Of a stretch of 64,000 nucleotides of DNA, positions 29,048 through 39,868 are shown one piece after another (the stretch's first letter is position 1; each line of letters begins with the position of its first letter). Both the position numbers and the translations under genes were made by a program. Under the pieces are notes generated by a model. It made no database searches, was not told where the DNA came from, and saw nothing but the letters and a program-made list of their open reading frames with translations. Source of the DNA: an uncultured Clostridium sp. (lineage in GTDB: Bacteria > Bacillota > Clostridia > TANB77 > CAG-508); contig CANSOY010000001.1 of assembly GCA_947648765.1 (NCBI GenBank), forward strand, positions 7,016 to 71,015. The letters are read 5' to 3'.

Positions 29048-32000
29048 TTATTTTAGTCCATTTACTAAGTGATAACAGTTGACAGAGGTAAATACATCTG
29101 TAATAGATAGCCAGCCGGATTGCCCATTATTAAGCGAACCTTTTGTTGTGTTCATGTTATAAATTTGGGTTCCGTCTTCGTTAATATCTACAATCGGCAT
29201 CCAATGCTGATCTCTTGTATAACGGCTTGTTCCGCCTCTTCCGGAGCCCTGTACATGGACAATAACTTCTCCACCATTTCTTAAATGATTTCGAATTTCT
29301 GTTAACTGGCTAGCAGATAACTGGGTTGCAACACCCCCTGGACATCCAGAACCAAGCGCTCTTGTGGTTAGATTGAACTCATAAATGGTTCTTCCCCAGC
29401 CTGGTAGTCTTGTACTTCCATATCCACTTGCAATGGTGCTGGTTGTTGTGCAGAAACATCCTGCATTTGCCATTGTGCTTCCGCCTCCTGATGTTTCATT
29501 TACCCATGGTCCATAGTTTTGTAGGTACCAAGTATAGGTTTTTCCATTGGAACTGGTATAAGTTTGGAATTCATAACCAGAAATGGATGTTGAACCAACC
29601 GTTCCTCCAGATCTTTCTTCATAAGTAAAGATTTCTTGCTCATTGGCAGCTGTTCTAGTGATTGGTTTATTTGGTGCATAATCAAACATCGCAAGTTGTG
29701 CTGCTGTGTAGTAAATATATTTTGTTCTAGCAAATAATTCTCCTGCTGGTGATTGACTATAATCATAAATTCCTTTTACATAAGTTTCAAAAGTAGCATC
29801 TCGTGAAGGAATATGACCTGGTGCGCCACCACCTAATTTGCACCACCAGTTATCCCAAATATATCGGTTGTGCTCCCATGAGTTAATCTCATAAAGACCT
29901 GCGCCTGCTTCATATACTTGTTTGAAGGTTTTGCCATCTCTCGTTGGCAAGTGTCCAAAATTATAGGCAATCGCAGTTAATGCCCATTTTTGTTGCATGG
30001 ATAGTTGAAGTCCTGCTGTATCGGTATTTACTTTGTTTAGGTATACAGATTGTAGTTCTTCTCCAATTTTATCCACTAATTCTTTTTCAATGTAAATTTG
30101 GTAACTTGCTACTTCTGCATTGGTATATTCTGCTTCATGTCCTCTTGGTAATTTACTACCTACATATTGTTCCACACTGTCGACTGTTTTTTCTTGTCCA
30201 TTTTCTAGTACTTTTCCTTGTTTATTAAACTGACTATGGTGGGATTTCCACTGGATATCTGCATTTCCAATGGTTGGCCATCCAACACCATCGCCATACA
30301 TTAAATAATATTTTCCGTCCGTGGATTGTGGTGCTTCTCCAGAGTGTGCAAATTGTCTTAAATAGCCTGCAAGTCCGCCCATTAGACCACCTGCACTGCT
30401 GAAAGAGTCTGTTCCAAAGATACTTAAATCTAAGGAAGTAACACCATAACTTCTTCCAGTTAAGCGATAAAGAATATATCGCATAACGGTTTCATAGATT
30501 TGAGTTCTTTCACTCGAACCCAGTAGTTTGAATAACAATTCTGCTCCGGTTACTAAATTCTCTTTTGGAGATAATGGAGCACTACTACCTGGTACTTTGT
30601 ATAGGATTAGGTTTCCTTCAACAACACGACCGGCATTTACGCCTCCCACTGGTGTTGTGGTAGTGGTTGCAGTTGTTCCATTTTGCTCTCCTGCATCTGG
30701 CTCTGTTGCTCTTAAGGCAAAGTTAAAGTCTTGGCGACAACGGTTTGACGAAGTAGCGCCTGCCTCTTGGATGGCTTCTGTATAGCCACAGTTATAGTAG
30801 AGTCCGCCCCCTGCATAAATCTGGATATGCCCGTATTGATGTCCTTCATTATCGTTCATAATGATTAAATCGCCTGGTTGGATGGCATCAAAATTCGTAA
30901 TTACCTCCCAACCTGCCGGTGGGCTATTCACAAAGAAACTAACGGTTTTCTGGTGTCCACTAAAGGTCGCCTTATATCCTGCTTCATAAAGAACCCAAGA
31001 AACATATCCGCTACAATCAATGGTTCCATTGGAGCCAGATACTGGCACATTACCAGTTGCTCCATAAGTATATCCATTACTTGCAACATATTGCTTACAT
31101 TCTGCTGCCTTTTCTAAAATGGTTCGTGCAAAACCAGTTACTTGGCTAATATCTATCTCTTGTGCTGGTTGTGAACCTGCTGTTGCACCTGGCAATTCGC
31201 CTGTATTGCTAACAATAAAGCCAAGGAAGGCATCGGTATTATCGCGCAAACTAGTAGTTCCTGCTTGCCATGTTTGGTATCGGGTCGTGGTTGTAACCGT
31301 TCTTTTATTTTCGGTTAAATCTACCTTTTCATAGGTATAGGTTGTTACATTTTGCGTCGTTGTGGTGTTTGTCGTGGTATTGGTTACTGGTACTTGATTG
31401 GTTTCTGTATTGATTAAACGATATTGTCCCATTTGGTCTGGCTCGTTGGTTACGACTGGGTCTGGTGTCTGTGTTTTATCCGTAAAGATTGGCTCTACTG
31501 TTTTTTCAACAAACAAGGTTCTCGCCTCTGTTACAATCGGTGTAATCGCAGTAAAGTAGCTTACTTCTGTTACAGGGTCTTCATTGTAATCTGTTGTCGT
31601 TACGACTGGGTCTGTTGTTACACTTCCGGTTTTGGTATAGGTACTAACCGTTCTTTTTCCAGATAGTTGTGTCGTGGTAGTCGTTGTGGTTAAGGACTCT
31701 AAAATGGTAATTTCAATGGTGGTATTTTTCGTATAATCCGCTAGTGCATTCACGAATTCTGGGCTTTGTGTAATTAAGCATAAAGCCACAAAGAACTCAA
31801 ATGGTGTCGAATATGGAGATACCATCATCATATAGTTGAATGGATATTCTTCTAACGTATTGGTACCATCGGAAGCAATATTGGATTTTGCAATGATAAA
31901 ATTATCTCCATCCATTGCGAAATAGTTTCGTGCTGCTGAATTTTGATTCGCAATCATACTTCTAAGATTGTCTAGTTCAGTATAGGTTAATTGATTCGAG

Positions 32001-32161
32001 GTTCCATCGGTATTCCCTCTCTTTAGGGTAATGACCCCTTGAAGCCCATTTCCTCCCATGTATGGATAAGAAGTTACAATTTCTGCTTCCATCCAATTCG
32101 TTAGATATTCCAGATTTCCTCCTAAGTTCAATTCTCCCGCATCCAGTCCTACTGCTTCCAA
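29048..32161 (-). CDS. large secreted peptidoglycan hydrolase (CHAP/NlpC-P60 domain, Thr-rich linkers, C39-like C-terminal domain); CwlT/TcpG/PrgK-like
   Basis: Catalytic Cys motif IDCSGYVSWVL...H. Poly-Thr linkers. 1037 aa. Confidence 0.55.
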   Translation of the reverse strand: MEAVGLDAGELNLGGNLEYLTNWMEAEIVTSYPYMGGNGLQGVITLKRGNTDGTSNQLTYTELDNLRSMIANQNSAARNYFAMDGDNFIIAKSNIASDGTNTLEEYPFNYMMMVSPYSTPFEFFVALCLITQSPEFVNALADYTKNTTIEITILESLTTTTTTTQLSGKRTVSTYTKTGSVTTDPVVTTTDYNEDPVTEVSYFTAITPIVTEARTLFVEKTVEPIFTDKTQTPDPVVTNEPDQMGQYRLINTETNQVPVTNTTTNTTTTQNVTTYTYEKVDLTENKRTVTTTTRYQTWQAGTTSLRDNTDAFLGFIVSNTGELPGATAGSQPAQEIDISQVTGFARTILEKAAECKQYVASNGYTYGATGNVPVSGSNGTIDCSGYVSWVLYEAGYKATFSGHQKTVSFFVNSPPAGWEVITNFDAIQPGDLIIMNDNEGHQYGHIQIYAGGGLYYNCGYTEAIQEAGATSSNRCRQDFNFALRATEPDAGEQNGTTATTTTTPVGGVNAGRVVEGNLILYKVPGSSAPLSPKENLVTGAELLFKLLGSSERTQIYETVMRYILYRLTGRSYGVTSLDLSIFGTDSFSSAGGLMGGLAGYLRQFAHSGEAPQSTDGKYYLMYGDGVGWPTIGNADIQWKSHHSQFNKQGKVLENGQEKTVDSVEQYVGSKLPRGHEAEYTNAEVASYQIYIEKELVDKIGEELQSVYLNKVNTDTAGLQLSMQQKWALTAIAYNFGHLPTRDGKTFKQVYEAGAGLYEINSWEHNRYIWDNWWCKLGGGAPGHIPSRDATFETYVKGIYDYSQSPAGELFARTKYIYYTAAQLAMFDYAPNKPITRTAANEQEIFTYEERSGGTVGSTSISGYEFQTYTSSNGKTYTWYLQNYGPWVNETSGGGSTMANAGCFCTTTSTIASGYGSTRLPGWGRTIYEFNLTTRALGSGCPGGVATQLSASQLTEIRNHLRNGGEVIVHVQGSGRGGTSRYTRDQHWMPIVDINEDGTQIYNMNTTKGSLNNGQSGWLSITDVFTSVNCYHLVNGLK

Positions 32162-32444
32162 TCTTTTTTGAATTTGCTCCTTAAAATCATCTGGAATGAC
32201 AATATTTTTATCTTGTACTTGTACAACATCTTTTAGGCTTTTGGCTACTTCCCCTAATTTCTTAAATGCACCATCAATAACGCCCCAAAAAAGTGCAGCA
32301 ATAAAAATAAAGATAAGAAGAGTGATAATTCCAATTTTTGCATATTTTTTTCCGAACTTTTTTTATAAAATTTCCAACGGCTTTTCCAATATTTTTGATA
32401 CCATCTAGCCATTTTTGGTCATCATTCATTGCTCCACTCCTTTT

Positions 32445-33548
32445 CTAAAAGTTTACATACAATAGTACTTTTTTGTTATAGTTTGCTTTATTTTCACTTG
32501 CTAGATATCCCTCATAATCCAATACAGCGTTGGTAAAGCGGATGGAATTGGTCGTATCTTTTCCGGTATAGGCTTTGTTAAACTTAATCATAAAGGTTTT
32601 CACTTCACCTGGTTTTACGACTAATACCTCTTCGGTTAATTCATGGATATAGGAAGTATAGGTAACATTTCCTTCCGTTCCGCCAATTAAATACGTTGCA
32701 TTGGTATTTTCTTTTGGGTCTAAGCAAATGCTTTGCTGTGTATCATTTTTGACACTGATATTAAATTGCTCATATTCGCTATATACATCTTTTGCATTGA
32801 CTTGAACAATCACGCCATAAGCAGAAGAATATTTTCCAATCTTTTTTCCGCCAATGAAATTATTGATAGCAAGTACATATTTTCCATCTATTTTATCGAC
32901 CGTAACATAGTCTTCGATTGCTCTTAGTTCGTCATTGCCAGACTCTAGTAAGTTCTCATACAAACGGACACGGTATGTCCTTCCATAAGGCCCATTCATC
33001 CAACTTAATAGTTCACTTACTTTTCTGGTTTGGAATTTACTTGCATAATAGTTTTGGCGAAACTGTTCTTCGGTTTGAAAAACTTCTTCTCGGCATCTTT
33101 CGGAAAGCATAGAATATGCTTCCGTTACTTTGCCTTCATTGCAATAGGCAATAAATTGCTTAATCGCTGTTTCTTCATTTTCGATATTGGTTGTGGTAGA
33201 ACCACTAATTTCATTTACTTTTTCTTTTTCAATGGTTTGGTTCGCAACTGGGTCGCCGACTTGGTTAATTAGGTTTTGCGCCATTTCATTGGCTAAAACA
33301 CGGTTTTCCAGTTCTTTTTGTTTGCGGTTTTTTACCATATTATTGAGAAATTGAATGACAAGGAAAAAAGAAACTATTGCTGCACAAATTGTTAATACTT
33401 TTTTCCTATGTTGGTTAAAATATCTAATCCATTTGTTAAACATAATAGTTTCTCCTCCAACATTGGTATCACTATACCAATTTATTGATTTTACGAACGC
33501 CGTTAGCAACCATTTCAGCATCTTCTTCCGATAGTCCTTTTGCTTCAA
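32445..33548 (-). CDS. hypothetical bitopic membrane protein (VirB8-like candidate)
   Basis: N-terminal TM plus an extracytoplasmic domain of about 300 aa. Call rests on position in the cluster. Confidence 0.35.
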   Translation of the reverse strand: MKQKDYRKKMLKWLLTAFVKSINWYSDTNVGGETIMFNKWIRYFNQHRKKVLTICAAIVSFFLVIQFLNNMVKNRKQKELENRVLANEMAQNLINQVGDPVANQTIEKEKVNEISGSTTTNIENEETAIKQFIAYCNEGKVTEAYSMLSERCREEVFQTEEQFRQNYYASKFQTRKVSELLSWMNGPYGRTYRVRLYENLLESGNDELRAIEDYVTVDKIDGKYVLAINNFIGGKKIGKYSSAYGVIVQVNAKDVYSEYEQFNISVKNDTQQSICLDPKENTNATYLIGGTEGNVTYTSYIHELTEEVLVVKPGEVKTFMIKFNKAYTGKDTTNSIRFTNAVLDYEGYLASENKANYNKKVLLYVNF

Positions 33549-35976
33549 CTAATCTCTTCTTTAATGCTTGGACATCTTTTTCACTCTTATAAGTAGATGC
33601 AAGTTTGGCAACTAAAATTCTTTTTTGTGAATCATCCTCTCCAAATTCTGCTCCTAGGCTCATTGCCTCGATAATCATTTTGTCGTCAGTAATTCCTTCT
33701 TTACGATATGCTTTAGATGCTTCTAGTTTTTCTTTATATCCTTCAGAGCCAAATTCTTGAATGTATTGTTGTCTAACTTCTCTACTAGCAATCGTATGCT
33801 CATCTGCTTGTTCTTGAATTCTATCTTGATATGCCTCTGTTCCAAGTCGTCCTTCTTCAAAAGCATTACGAAGTTCATCTGTTCTTCTACTATCTGCACG
33901 CATTGCTCCTAGGGCTGTTCCCGCTAAGTTTCCGCCTACTGCATTACCAGCGATAAGTCCTGCGCTGATAGAACTGGTTGCATTTTTTCCTCCACTTGCT
34001 GTGGTTGCTATTGCTGCTGCTGTTAGTCCAGCTGTGATACCTGCTGCTCTACCTGCTAATTTCACACCACTGGATGCAATAAATCTAGCTCCTTTTGCTG
34101 CTCCCAAAGCAACATCTCGTTTTGTTGGCATATACGTTGCTGCTACATTTTTAATTCCTCGTCGAATGCTTGGTGCAGTTCCATCATTTCGTATCGTTCC
34201 TCTTAATGGGGTCGAACTTGCAGCTCTTGCTTGTACTTCTCTTCTTGCTTGTGCTTGTTGTTCTCTTGCTGTATTGGATAAAAGTAGTCCTGAATTTGGG
34301 TCTTGCCTAAATCCTTCTTGTCCTTCAATTTGACTTGCAAGGCTACTTCCTACTCCTCCACTTCCGCTCGTAGAGCCTCCTCCTGGCAAGATAAGTCCGC
34401 TTCCACCGCCAGAGTTTGTTCCTCCAGCACTTCCACTTGTTAAGCTTCCACTTGGACTAGTTATTAGTGTAGATGCTGCTCTTTGTCCACCAGATGCTAG
34501 AATTGGGGAATCACTTGCTCCTCCTGCTGTTAATGTTGGAGCAGCCTCTTCTTCTCCTCCTAGGAGTTCATTTGCTCCACCTTCTCCTCCTGCTCCAAGT
34601 TGACGTCCTTGATTTCGGTCAAAACTGTTCGTAAGCATACCATTTACACCATTTGCATTGGTATTTTTCTGGGTACGAATTTTCCCACGGTTGTTTTCTT
34701 TTTCTGGTTTTTCTTTCGTCTTTCCAATTCGTTTTACCATATCTAAGCCCTTCATCATCATAGCACCACCAACGGCTGCATCTGCAATGGAAGCAGTTTG
34801 TGCTTTTTCAAATCCGAAGAACCTTCTAAGTAGTTTTTCAGCTGGGATTAAGAAGCCAATCGCTACAATCGCATAGATTGTATTTTCTGCTGCAAAATCC
34901 ATTGCTGAGCCGATTAGAACGGTATATAGTAATAAATGGAATGGTTGTAATAACAAGTTGAAAATATATTCTTTTAGCCACATATCAAAGGCTTGGGCTT
35001 TTCCATCATTCATTTTATCGATTGGGTATGTTAGGGCTACAACTGGTGCAATCATCGTTAAGAATGCCATATATACCACACGTTTCAAGTATTGGAACAA
35101 GAACACAACCGTATAGATAATGAATACAAAGTAAATAACCGTGTAACCAAATTGCATTAGTTTGGTATCTCCACTACTATTTTCGTTAATCATTTGTAGT
35201 TGAATTCTAGATTGCCCCATAAAGTTCGTAAGCCATAAGGTATCTCCTGCATCTCCATACTCATTTCCAGAAGACAAGGTGTTGTTTGAAATAATCGTTG
35301 CAATATCTCCCTCTTGCTTGTAGTTGCTAAGGTCGCCTACATTAACAACAACATCTTTTAAGTTTTCTTTTAGCGCATCTGTAATGGCTTCTGTTAAAGT
35401 AATTGCAAAATACATGATATAGTGCATCATGAAGAGTAGGAACATGGCAACGAGCCAATCCATTAATCTTTCTTTGTATTTTGCCTTTTCTCCTGCCGCA
35501 CTACTAAATAGAATACGAATTCCTATATATACGAGAACTGATAGTAATCCTACAATCGCAAAGTTTCGTAGTGCTACATACCATTTCGCAATATTTTCTT
35601 GTAAGATAGCAGCTGACGACTCAACTGGTGTACCGCTTCCGTCTTGTGCCGTATAGGTATTTGGTTTAAAGAAGTTTACATCTAAGATTGGTACTTCATT
35701 GGAAAAAATCTCTTGTGGAGATAATCCAAATACCGGTAAATAGAATGTATCTGGCTTTGTTAAATTTTTTACGGTAATGCCGACGACGACACCTGCTCCA
35801 ATAGCAGTTACAATTCCTACAGTTAATACCTGTCCTACAACTGGTATGAACTGTAGAGCTACAAGTCCTACTGCTGTTCCAATTCCTACAATCCAGCCAA
35901 GGATGGTAGAACCAATGCCAGAACTGGTGCTAAGTACAATAAAGGAAGACTCTAGTCCATAAACCATTTTTTGCAT
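33472..35976 (-). CDS. polytopic membrane protein with Gly/Ser-rich linker, VirB6/TrbL-like (Tn916 Orf15/TcpH/ConG analogue)
   Basis: About 8 TM helices followed by a low-complexity Gly-rich region. 834 aa. Lies next to the VirB4-like ATPase. Confidence 0.45.
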   Translation of the reverse strand: MQKMVYGLESSFIVLSTSSGIGSTILGWIVGIGTAVGLVALQFIPVVGQVLTVGIVTAIGAGVVVGITVKNLTKPDTFYLPVFGLSPQEIFSNEVPILDVNFFKPNTYTAQDGSGTPVESSAAILQENIAKWYVALRNFAIVGLLSVLVYIGIRILFSSAAGEKAKYKERLMDWLVAMFLLFMMHYIMYFAITLTEAITDALKENLKDVVVNVGDLSNYKQEGDIATIISNNTLSSGNEYGDAGDTLWLTNFMGQSRIQLQMINENSSGDTKLMQFGYTVIYFVFIIYTVVFLFQYLKRVVYMAFLTMIAPVVALTYPIDKMNDGKAQAFDMWLKEYIFNLLLQPFHLLLYTVLIGSAMDFAAENTIYAIVAIGFLIPAEKLLRRFFGFEKAQTASIADAAVGGAMMMKGLDMVKRIGKTKEKPEKENNRGKIRTQKNTNANGVNGMLTNSFDRNQGRQLGAGGEGGANELLGGEEEAAPTLTAGGASDSPILASGGQRAASTLITSPSGSLTSGSAGGTNSGGGSGLILPGGGSTSGSGGVGSSLASQIEGQEGFRQDPNSGLLLSNTAREQQAQARREVQARAASSTPLRGTIRNDGTAPSIRRGIKNVAATYMPTKRDVALGAAKGARFIASSGVKLAGRAAGITAGLTAAAIATTASGGKNATSSISAGLIAGNAVGGNLAGTALGAMRADSRRTDELRNAFEEGRLGTEAYQDRIQEQADEHTIASREVRQQYIQEFGSEGYKEKLEASKAYRKEGITDDKMIIEAMSLGAEFGEDDSQKRILVAKLASTYKSEKDVQALKKRLVEAKGLSEEDAEMVANGVRKINKLV

Positions 35977-36235
35977 AATGGTAACAATCGTATCTCCGAA
36001 GACCTAAGAATAGAGCCTGAATTGGTGTCCATAAAACACCACCAACCCATTCTGCTGCCTCATATCCCATACCTGCTGCTGAAGTTTGACCTGCTACAAC
36101 ATTGGTAGCACTAGGCGTTGTGGTAGTATTGGCTGCCCAGTTAATTTGCGGAGATATAAAGTTAAATAATATGATAAATACGAGAAGAAAGATGACTTTC
36201 TTCATGATATGTTTCTTTTCTACTAATGTTTCCAT
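35930..36235 (-). CDS. small secreted hydrophobic protein; may be the frameshifted N-terminus of the downstream VirB6-like protein
   Basis: Signal peptide MKKVIFLLVFIILF. Overlaps the next ORF by 46 nt in a different frame. Confidence 0.3.
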   Translation of the reverse strand: METLVEKKHIMKKVIFLLVFIILFNFISPQINWAANTTTTPSATNVVAGQTSAAGMGYEAAEWVGGVLWTPIQALFLGLRRYDCYHYAKNGLWTRVFLYCT

Positions 36236-36247
36236 ATCATCCTCCCA

Positions 36248-38263
36248 TTAAATTCCTTCTTTTTTCTTTCTCATTTGCATTAGTTTATTTAAGTTTGTTT
36301 CCACAAATTCAAACTCTTTGGCGGTTGGTCGGATTTCAATAATGGCTGTGTCTGCTCCAACTTTTAGCAAGCCTTCTCCTTTTAAGCAAGTTACTAAGAA
36401 GCCTGCCTCTCCTTCACTTAGTTTGAATACTTCTTTGAGATATTGAATTTCCGCTTTATCTTGTGCTAGGAATAATTTTGTGTCGGATGAAGTTAATACC
36501 GCTTGTGCTTCTGGTTTCTCATAGAAGTCTTGAAATCTTTGGGAAATGATGGCTAGGGAAACATTTCTCTTTCTGGCACGACGTGCCATTGTGTTTAAGA
36601 AATCTACTGCTTCTGGATAAGGAAGGAGCATCCATGCCTCGTCGACAAGTACTCTTTTCTTAGCTGCTTTACGTTTATCTTCACTATTTTTCTTTACATA
36701 TTTCTCCCAAATCCAAGCTAGCAGAATTTGCTGTGCAAGTGGTCTTGCAAATCTTTCCTCTAGTTGAGAAATATCTAGGTTAATAAACAAGGTTCCGTCT
36801 AATAAATCGAAGGTAGATTGTCCATCAAAGTATGCCATTTGTCCTTCATATTCACGGATGTATTGTTTCATAACTTTTAGTAAATAACTATAATGGAATT
36901 TATAGTCTGAGTTATCATTTGCCATTGCTTTTGCTTGAATTCTCTTATACCAAGAACCGATGGTAGGCATTTGTTTTTTGGTTCTACCAAGTAAGTTGCC
37001 AGACATCATATCTTTGGTGGACTCAAATAGGCTGTTTGGGTCTGCTGTAATGCCAAGTGCTGCATATTCTTCGCCAACTGCTTCTGCAATAATTTGCTTG
37101 GTAAGTTCGTTTACATCTTGGCTTCTGGTACTACCTCTTGCCATGGTTAATAGGGCTTGAGTAACATCCTCAATTTTATTTTCTACATTAAGTACTAATC
37201 TTTCTTTTCCGGTAATTTCGTCCTTGGTAACCTCTGTTTCGATATCGAATATGTTGATAACAGTTTTTGATGTTGGGGAAAGAACCACGTTAATTCCACC
37301 CAAACTCTCTGCCACGATACGGTACTCACCTTCTGCGTCAAGTGCTAGACTTTGAATGCCCATTAGTACAGCAGAGCGTGAAATTAAGGTTTTCATGGTT
37401 ACAGACTTACCAGCACCAGATTTTGCGAAAATTACCATGTTGTAGTTGGTAAGTGAGGAATGGAAGTTATCAAATAAAATTGGTACTCCCGTTTGTTTAT
37501 TAAATCCAAGTGGGATACCAGTTGGATGTCCTACCTCAGAAGTCGTAAACGGAAATACGGTTCCCATCGAATTACGGTCAAATGTATGTGTTTTGTGGAT
37601 TTTGTCATCCATCAATGGTAGATTGGACTTGAAAGCGTCTTCTTGCATACCCCATGCTGTTTTTACGCCTACCAATGATTTCGACATTTCCGTTGCAAGT
37701 AGTTTGGTATAACGGTCTAAATCCTCTAAGTTATACGCAAACAAGGTGGCTACTACGGATGCGTCATACAACTTATTGAAACCTGCTGCAATTTCATCTC
37801 TTAGTTGCTCTGCTTCTAATCTTTTTTGCGTAATGGTACTCTCACGGTTAATGTTTCCTCGGTCTGCTGCCACAATTCTTTCCGTTTCAAGTTCGTTAAT
37901 GACACGGTTTAATTCGTTTTGCGATTTCGACTCTTGAATTGGGTTAATGTAAATGGAGGTGTTAATATCTCCAAATAGGTACATATCTCGAAATAGTTCT
38001 GGGAATGTACACATTCTAGGAAGTGCAGATACAAAGAAACTTCTTGCATAACGTGTTACATTGGATATAATCTCTAAGTGGTCAATGTTACTTGCATCAA
38101 TTCCAGATGGTGCAATGAGTTCTTTGATGGTTTTCTTTTTCAAAATCTTGTACTCATCTGGCTTTGTGTAGTCACTATACGGTCTTCTTTCTTCTACCTC
38201 TTTTTGTTTTTTGGCCATCTGGTGTTTCTCCTCCTTTTTCTTGATTTTGCTTTTGTTTATCAA
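36248..38263 (-). CDS. VirB4/TraC-family conjugal-transfer-type ATPase (likely true start ~38218, MAKKQ)
   Basis: Walker A AKSGAGKS and Walker B VLVDEAWML. 650-670 aa. Confidence 0.7.
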   Translation of the reverse strand: MINKSKIKKKEEKHQMAKKQKEVEERRPYSDYTKPDEYKILKKKTIKELIAPSGIDASNIDHLEIISNVTRYARSFFVSALPRMCTFPELFRDMYLFGDINTSIYINPIQESKSQNELNRVINELETERIVAADRGNINRESTITQKRLEAEQLRDEIAAGFNKLYDASVVATLFAYNLEDLDRYTKLLATEMSKSLVGVKTAWGMQEDAFKSNLPLMDDKIHKTHTFDRNSMGTVFPFTTSEVGHPTGIPLGFNKQTGVPILFDNFHSSLTNYNMVIFAKSGAGKSVTMKTLISRSAVLMGIQSLALDAEGEYRIVAESLGGINVVLSPTSKTVINIFDIETEVTKDEITGKERLVLNVENKIEDVTQALLTMARGSTRSQDVNELTKQIIAEAVGEEYAALGITADPNSLFESTKDMMSGNLLGRTKKQMPTIGSWYKRIQAKAMANDNSDYKFHYSYLLKVMKQYIREYEGQMAYFDGQSTFDLLDGTLFINLDISQLEERFARPLAQQILLAWIWEKYVKKNSEDKRKAAKKRVLVDEAWMLLPYPEAVDFLNTMARRARKRNVSLAIISQRFQDFYEKPEAQAVLTSSDTKLFLAQDKAEIQYLKEVFKLSEGEAGFLVTCLKGEGLLKVGADTAIIEIRPTAKEFEFVETNLNKLMQMRKKKEGI

Positions 38264-39386
38264 TCTTATTTATCGCATCTTTTGCTACATCCGTTCCAAT
38301 CATGGTTGCATTTTCTTCTAAGATAATTTTTGCTAGCTGGTCGATTAAATCGTCTACATTCTCTTGTTTTTCTTCGATTGCTTTTTGCTTTTCGGATTTT
38401 ACTTCTGTAATGAGTTGGTTTGCTTTTTCAAATGCTTTTTCTTCAATTTGCTTATCCAAAATGCGGATTTTCTTGTCGAGTACATCTGGTGCTGTTGAAT
38501 AAAGTTCGTCAAATCCTGCACGAAGTGCTTTATCGATTCCATAAACCTCTGCTTCGTCACGGTTGTATGCTACATAGAGTAGGTCTGCAAGGTCGTCCGA
38601 ATTCAATACCTTAGCATTCACACCACAAGCTGCAATCGTACGAATAATGGATTGTGCTCTCGTATATAACTCGGAGAAAGATAAATTACGAATTTCCTCT
38701 TTATCAAAAGAGTTTTGTCCTAATTCGTCTGCATAGTATGGAATTACAATATAGTATTTTTGGTTTAATACATTTTTGTTCAAACTCATTTTTTCGGTGT
38801 TATAGATAATGTCTTTTCCATACTCATATAGGTTGGTTTGTTTGGTTAGTTCAAATTGTGCCTTCTCCAACTCTTCTTTTGGATAATTGCCTGAATTCAC
38901 CATTTTCGTATATTCGGTTTTGGCTTTTTCCAAATTATTTTCTAATTCTTCAATTTTCGATTTATAGGTCTGAATACTGCTCTCTAGGTTAATCGTTCTG
39001 GTTTGGGTATAGATTTGGATGGGATGACGAAGTGTATTTAAGAATTGTACAAACCCTTCTTCTACCGCATTTTTTTCTAGTTCAGACATAAGGTCATAGT
39101 TAATTCCTTGACACTCCACTACCATGATATATTTCATTCCATTTTTTACTTCAATCATATTATCCGTAATGGTATCAAATTCCATAAAGTCTTCCACTGG
39201 TTCTTCTGGTACTGCTCGTTTGCTACTTTCTTTTCTCTTGTCTGTGCTTTCTGGTATCGTTGAAGATTTGCTTTCTTTTCCTTTTTTGGATTTGAAATAC
39301 ACTAAGAATAGCACGGCAAACAGCATAACGATTGCAATTACAATGATAAATAAAATCATCGTTAGTGTGTTAATATCATCAATCAT
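38175..39386 (-). CDS. hypothetical bitopic coiled-coil membrane protein (T4SS-like cluster)
   Basis: N-terminal TM, followed by coiled-coil-rich sequence and a basic C-terminal tail. Confidence 0.4.
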   Translation of the reverse strand: MIDDINTLTMILFIIVIAIVMLFAVLFLVYFKSKKGKESKSSTIPESTDKRKESSKRAVPEEPVEDFMEFDTITDNMIEVKNGMKYIMVVECQGINYDLMSELEKNAVEEGFVQFLNTLRHPIQIYTQTRTINLESSIQTYKSKIEELENNLEKAKTEYTKMVNSGNYPKEELEKAQFELTKQTNLYEYGKDIIYNTEKMSLNKNVLNQKYYIVIPYYADELGQNSFDKEEIRNLSFSELYTRAQSIIRTIAACGVNAKVLNSDDLADLLYVAYNRDEAEVYGIDKALRAGFDELYSTAPDVLDKKIRILDKQIEEKAFEKANQLITEVKSEKQKAIEEKQENVDDLIDQLAKIILEENATMIGTDVAKDAINKIDKQKQNQEKGGETPDGQKTKRGRRKKTV

Positions 39387-39723
39387 CTTTTGTATCCTCC
39401 TTTAGGGTATAGACTTTACGTTTTTTCATTTTGAAAAAGAACGCTCTTTTAATAACATCATCGATTGCTTCTCCGCTAGTTTTTTTCGTAAACTCTATGC
39501 TTGTAATCTCTGGTATCTTGAAGGTTCCAATAATAAAACCAAGTAAAGCAAGGACAGCAAAGATTGCTACGCCGACAACGGTTAGTCCAACGGCATTGAA
39601 GAGTGCGAAAAATAGCACACCAATGCCTCCTAGTATTCCGGTATAAATTAAACTTTTGGTAGAAAAGATAAACAAAATTCTACCTTCTCCCTTTACACTT
39701 CTTGGTAAATTGTATGTTCCCAT
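39379..39723 (-). CDS. small 2-TM protein, VirB3/PrgI-like
   Basis: 114 aa with two adjacent TM helices. Lies near the VirB4-like gene. Confidence 0.4.
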   Translation of the reverse strand: MGTYNLPRSVKGEGRILFIFSTKSLIYTGILGGIGVLFFALFNAVGLTVVGVAIFAVLALLGFIIGTFKIPEITSIEFTKKTSGEAIDDVIKRAFFFKMKKRKVYTLKEDTKDD

Positions 39724-39868
39724 ACAGTTTCCTCCTTTGTATACAACTCTACTAATTTATTATATCAAATAAAGTCTAGAATTGTAATAGAAAACAGAAA
39801 AAAAGTGCATTTTCATGCACTTTTTCATATAAATGTTATGGATTTGTAATCTTTTTGTCATACTAATT

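Noticed and set aside
36248-39386. 403-aa ORF and VirB4-like ORF overlapping by 89 nt as one frameshifted giant VirB4
   Set aside because: The overlap is explained by an in-frame upstream extension (MINKSKIKKKEEKHQ) before a better start (MAKKQ, ~38218). The 403-aa protein ends with its own basic tail. They are two genes.
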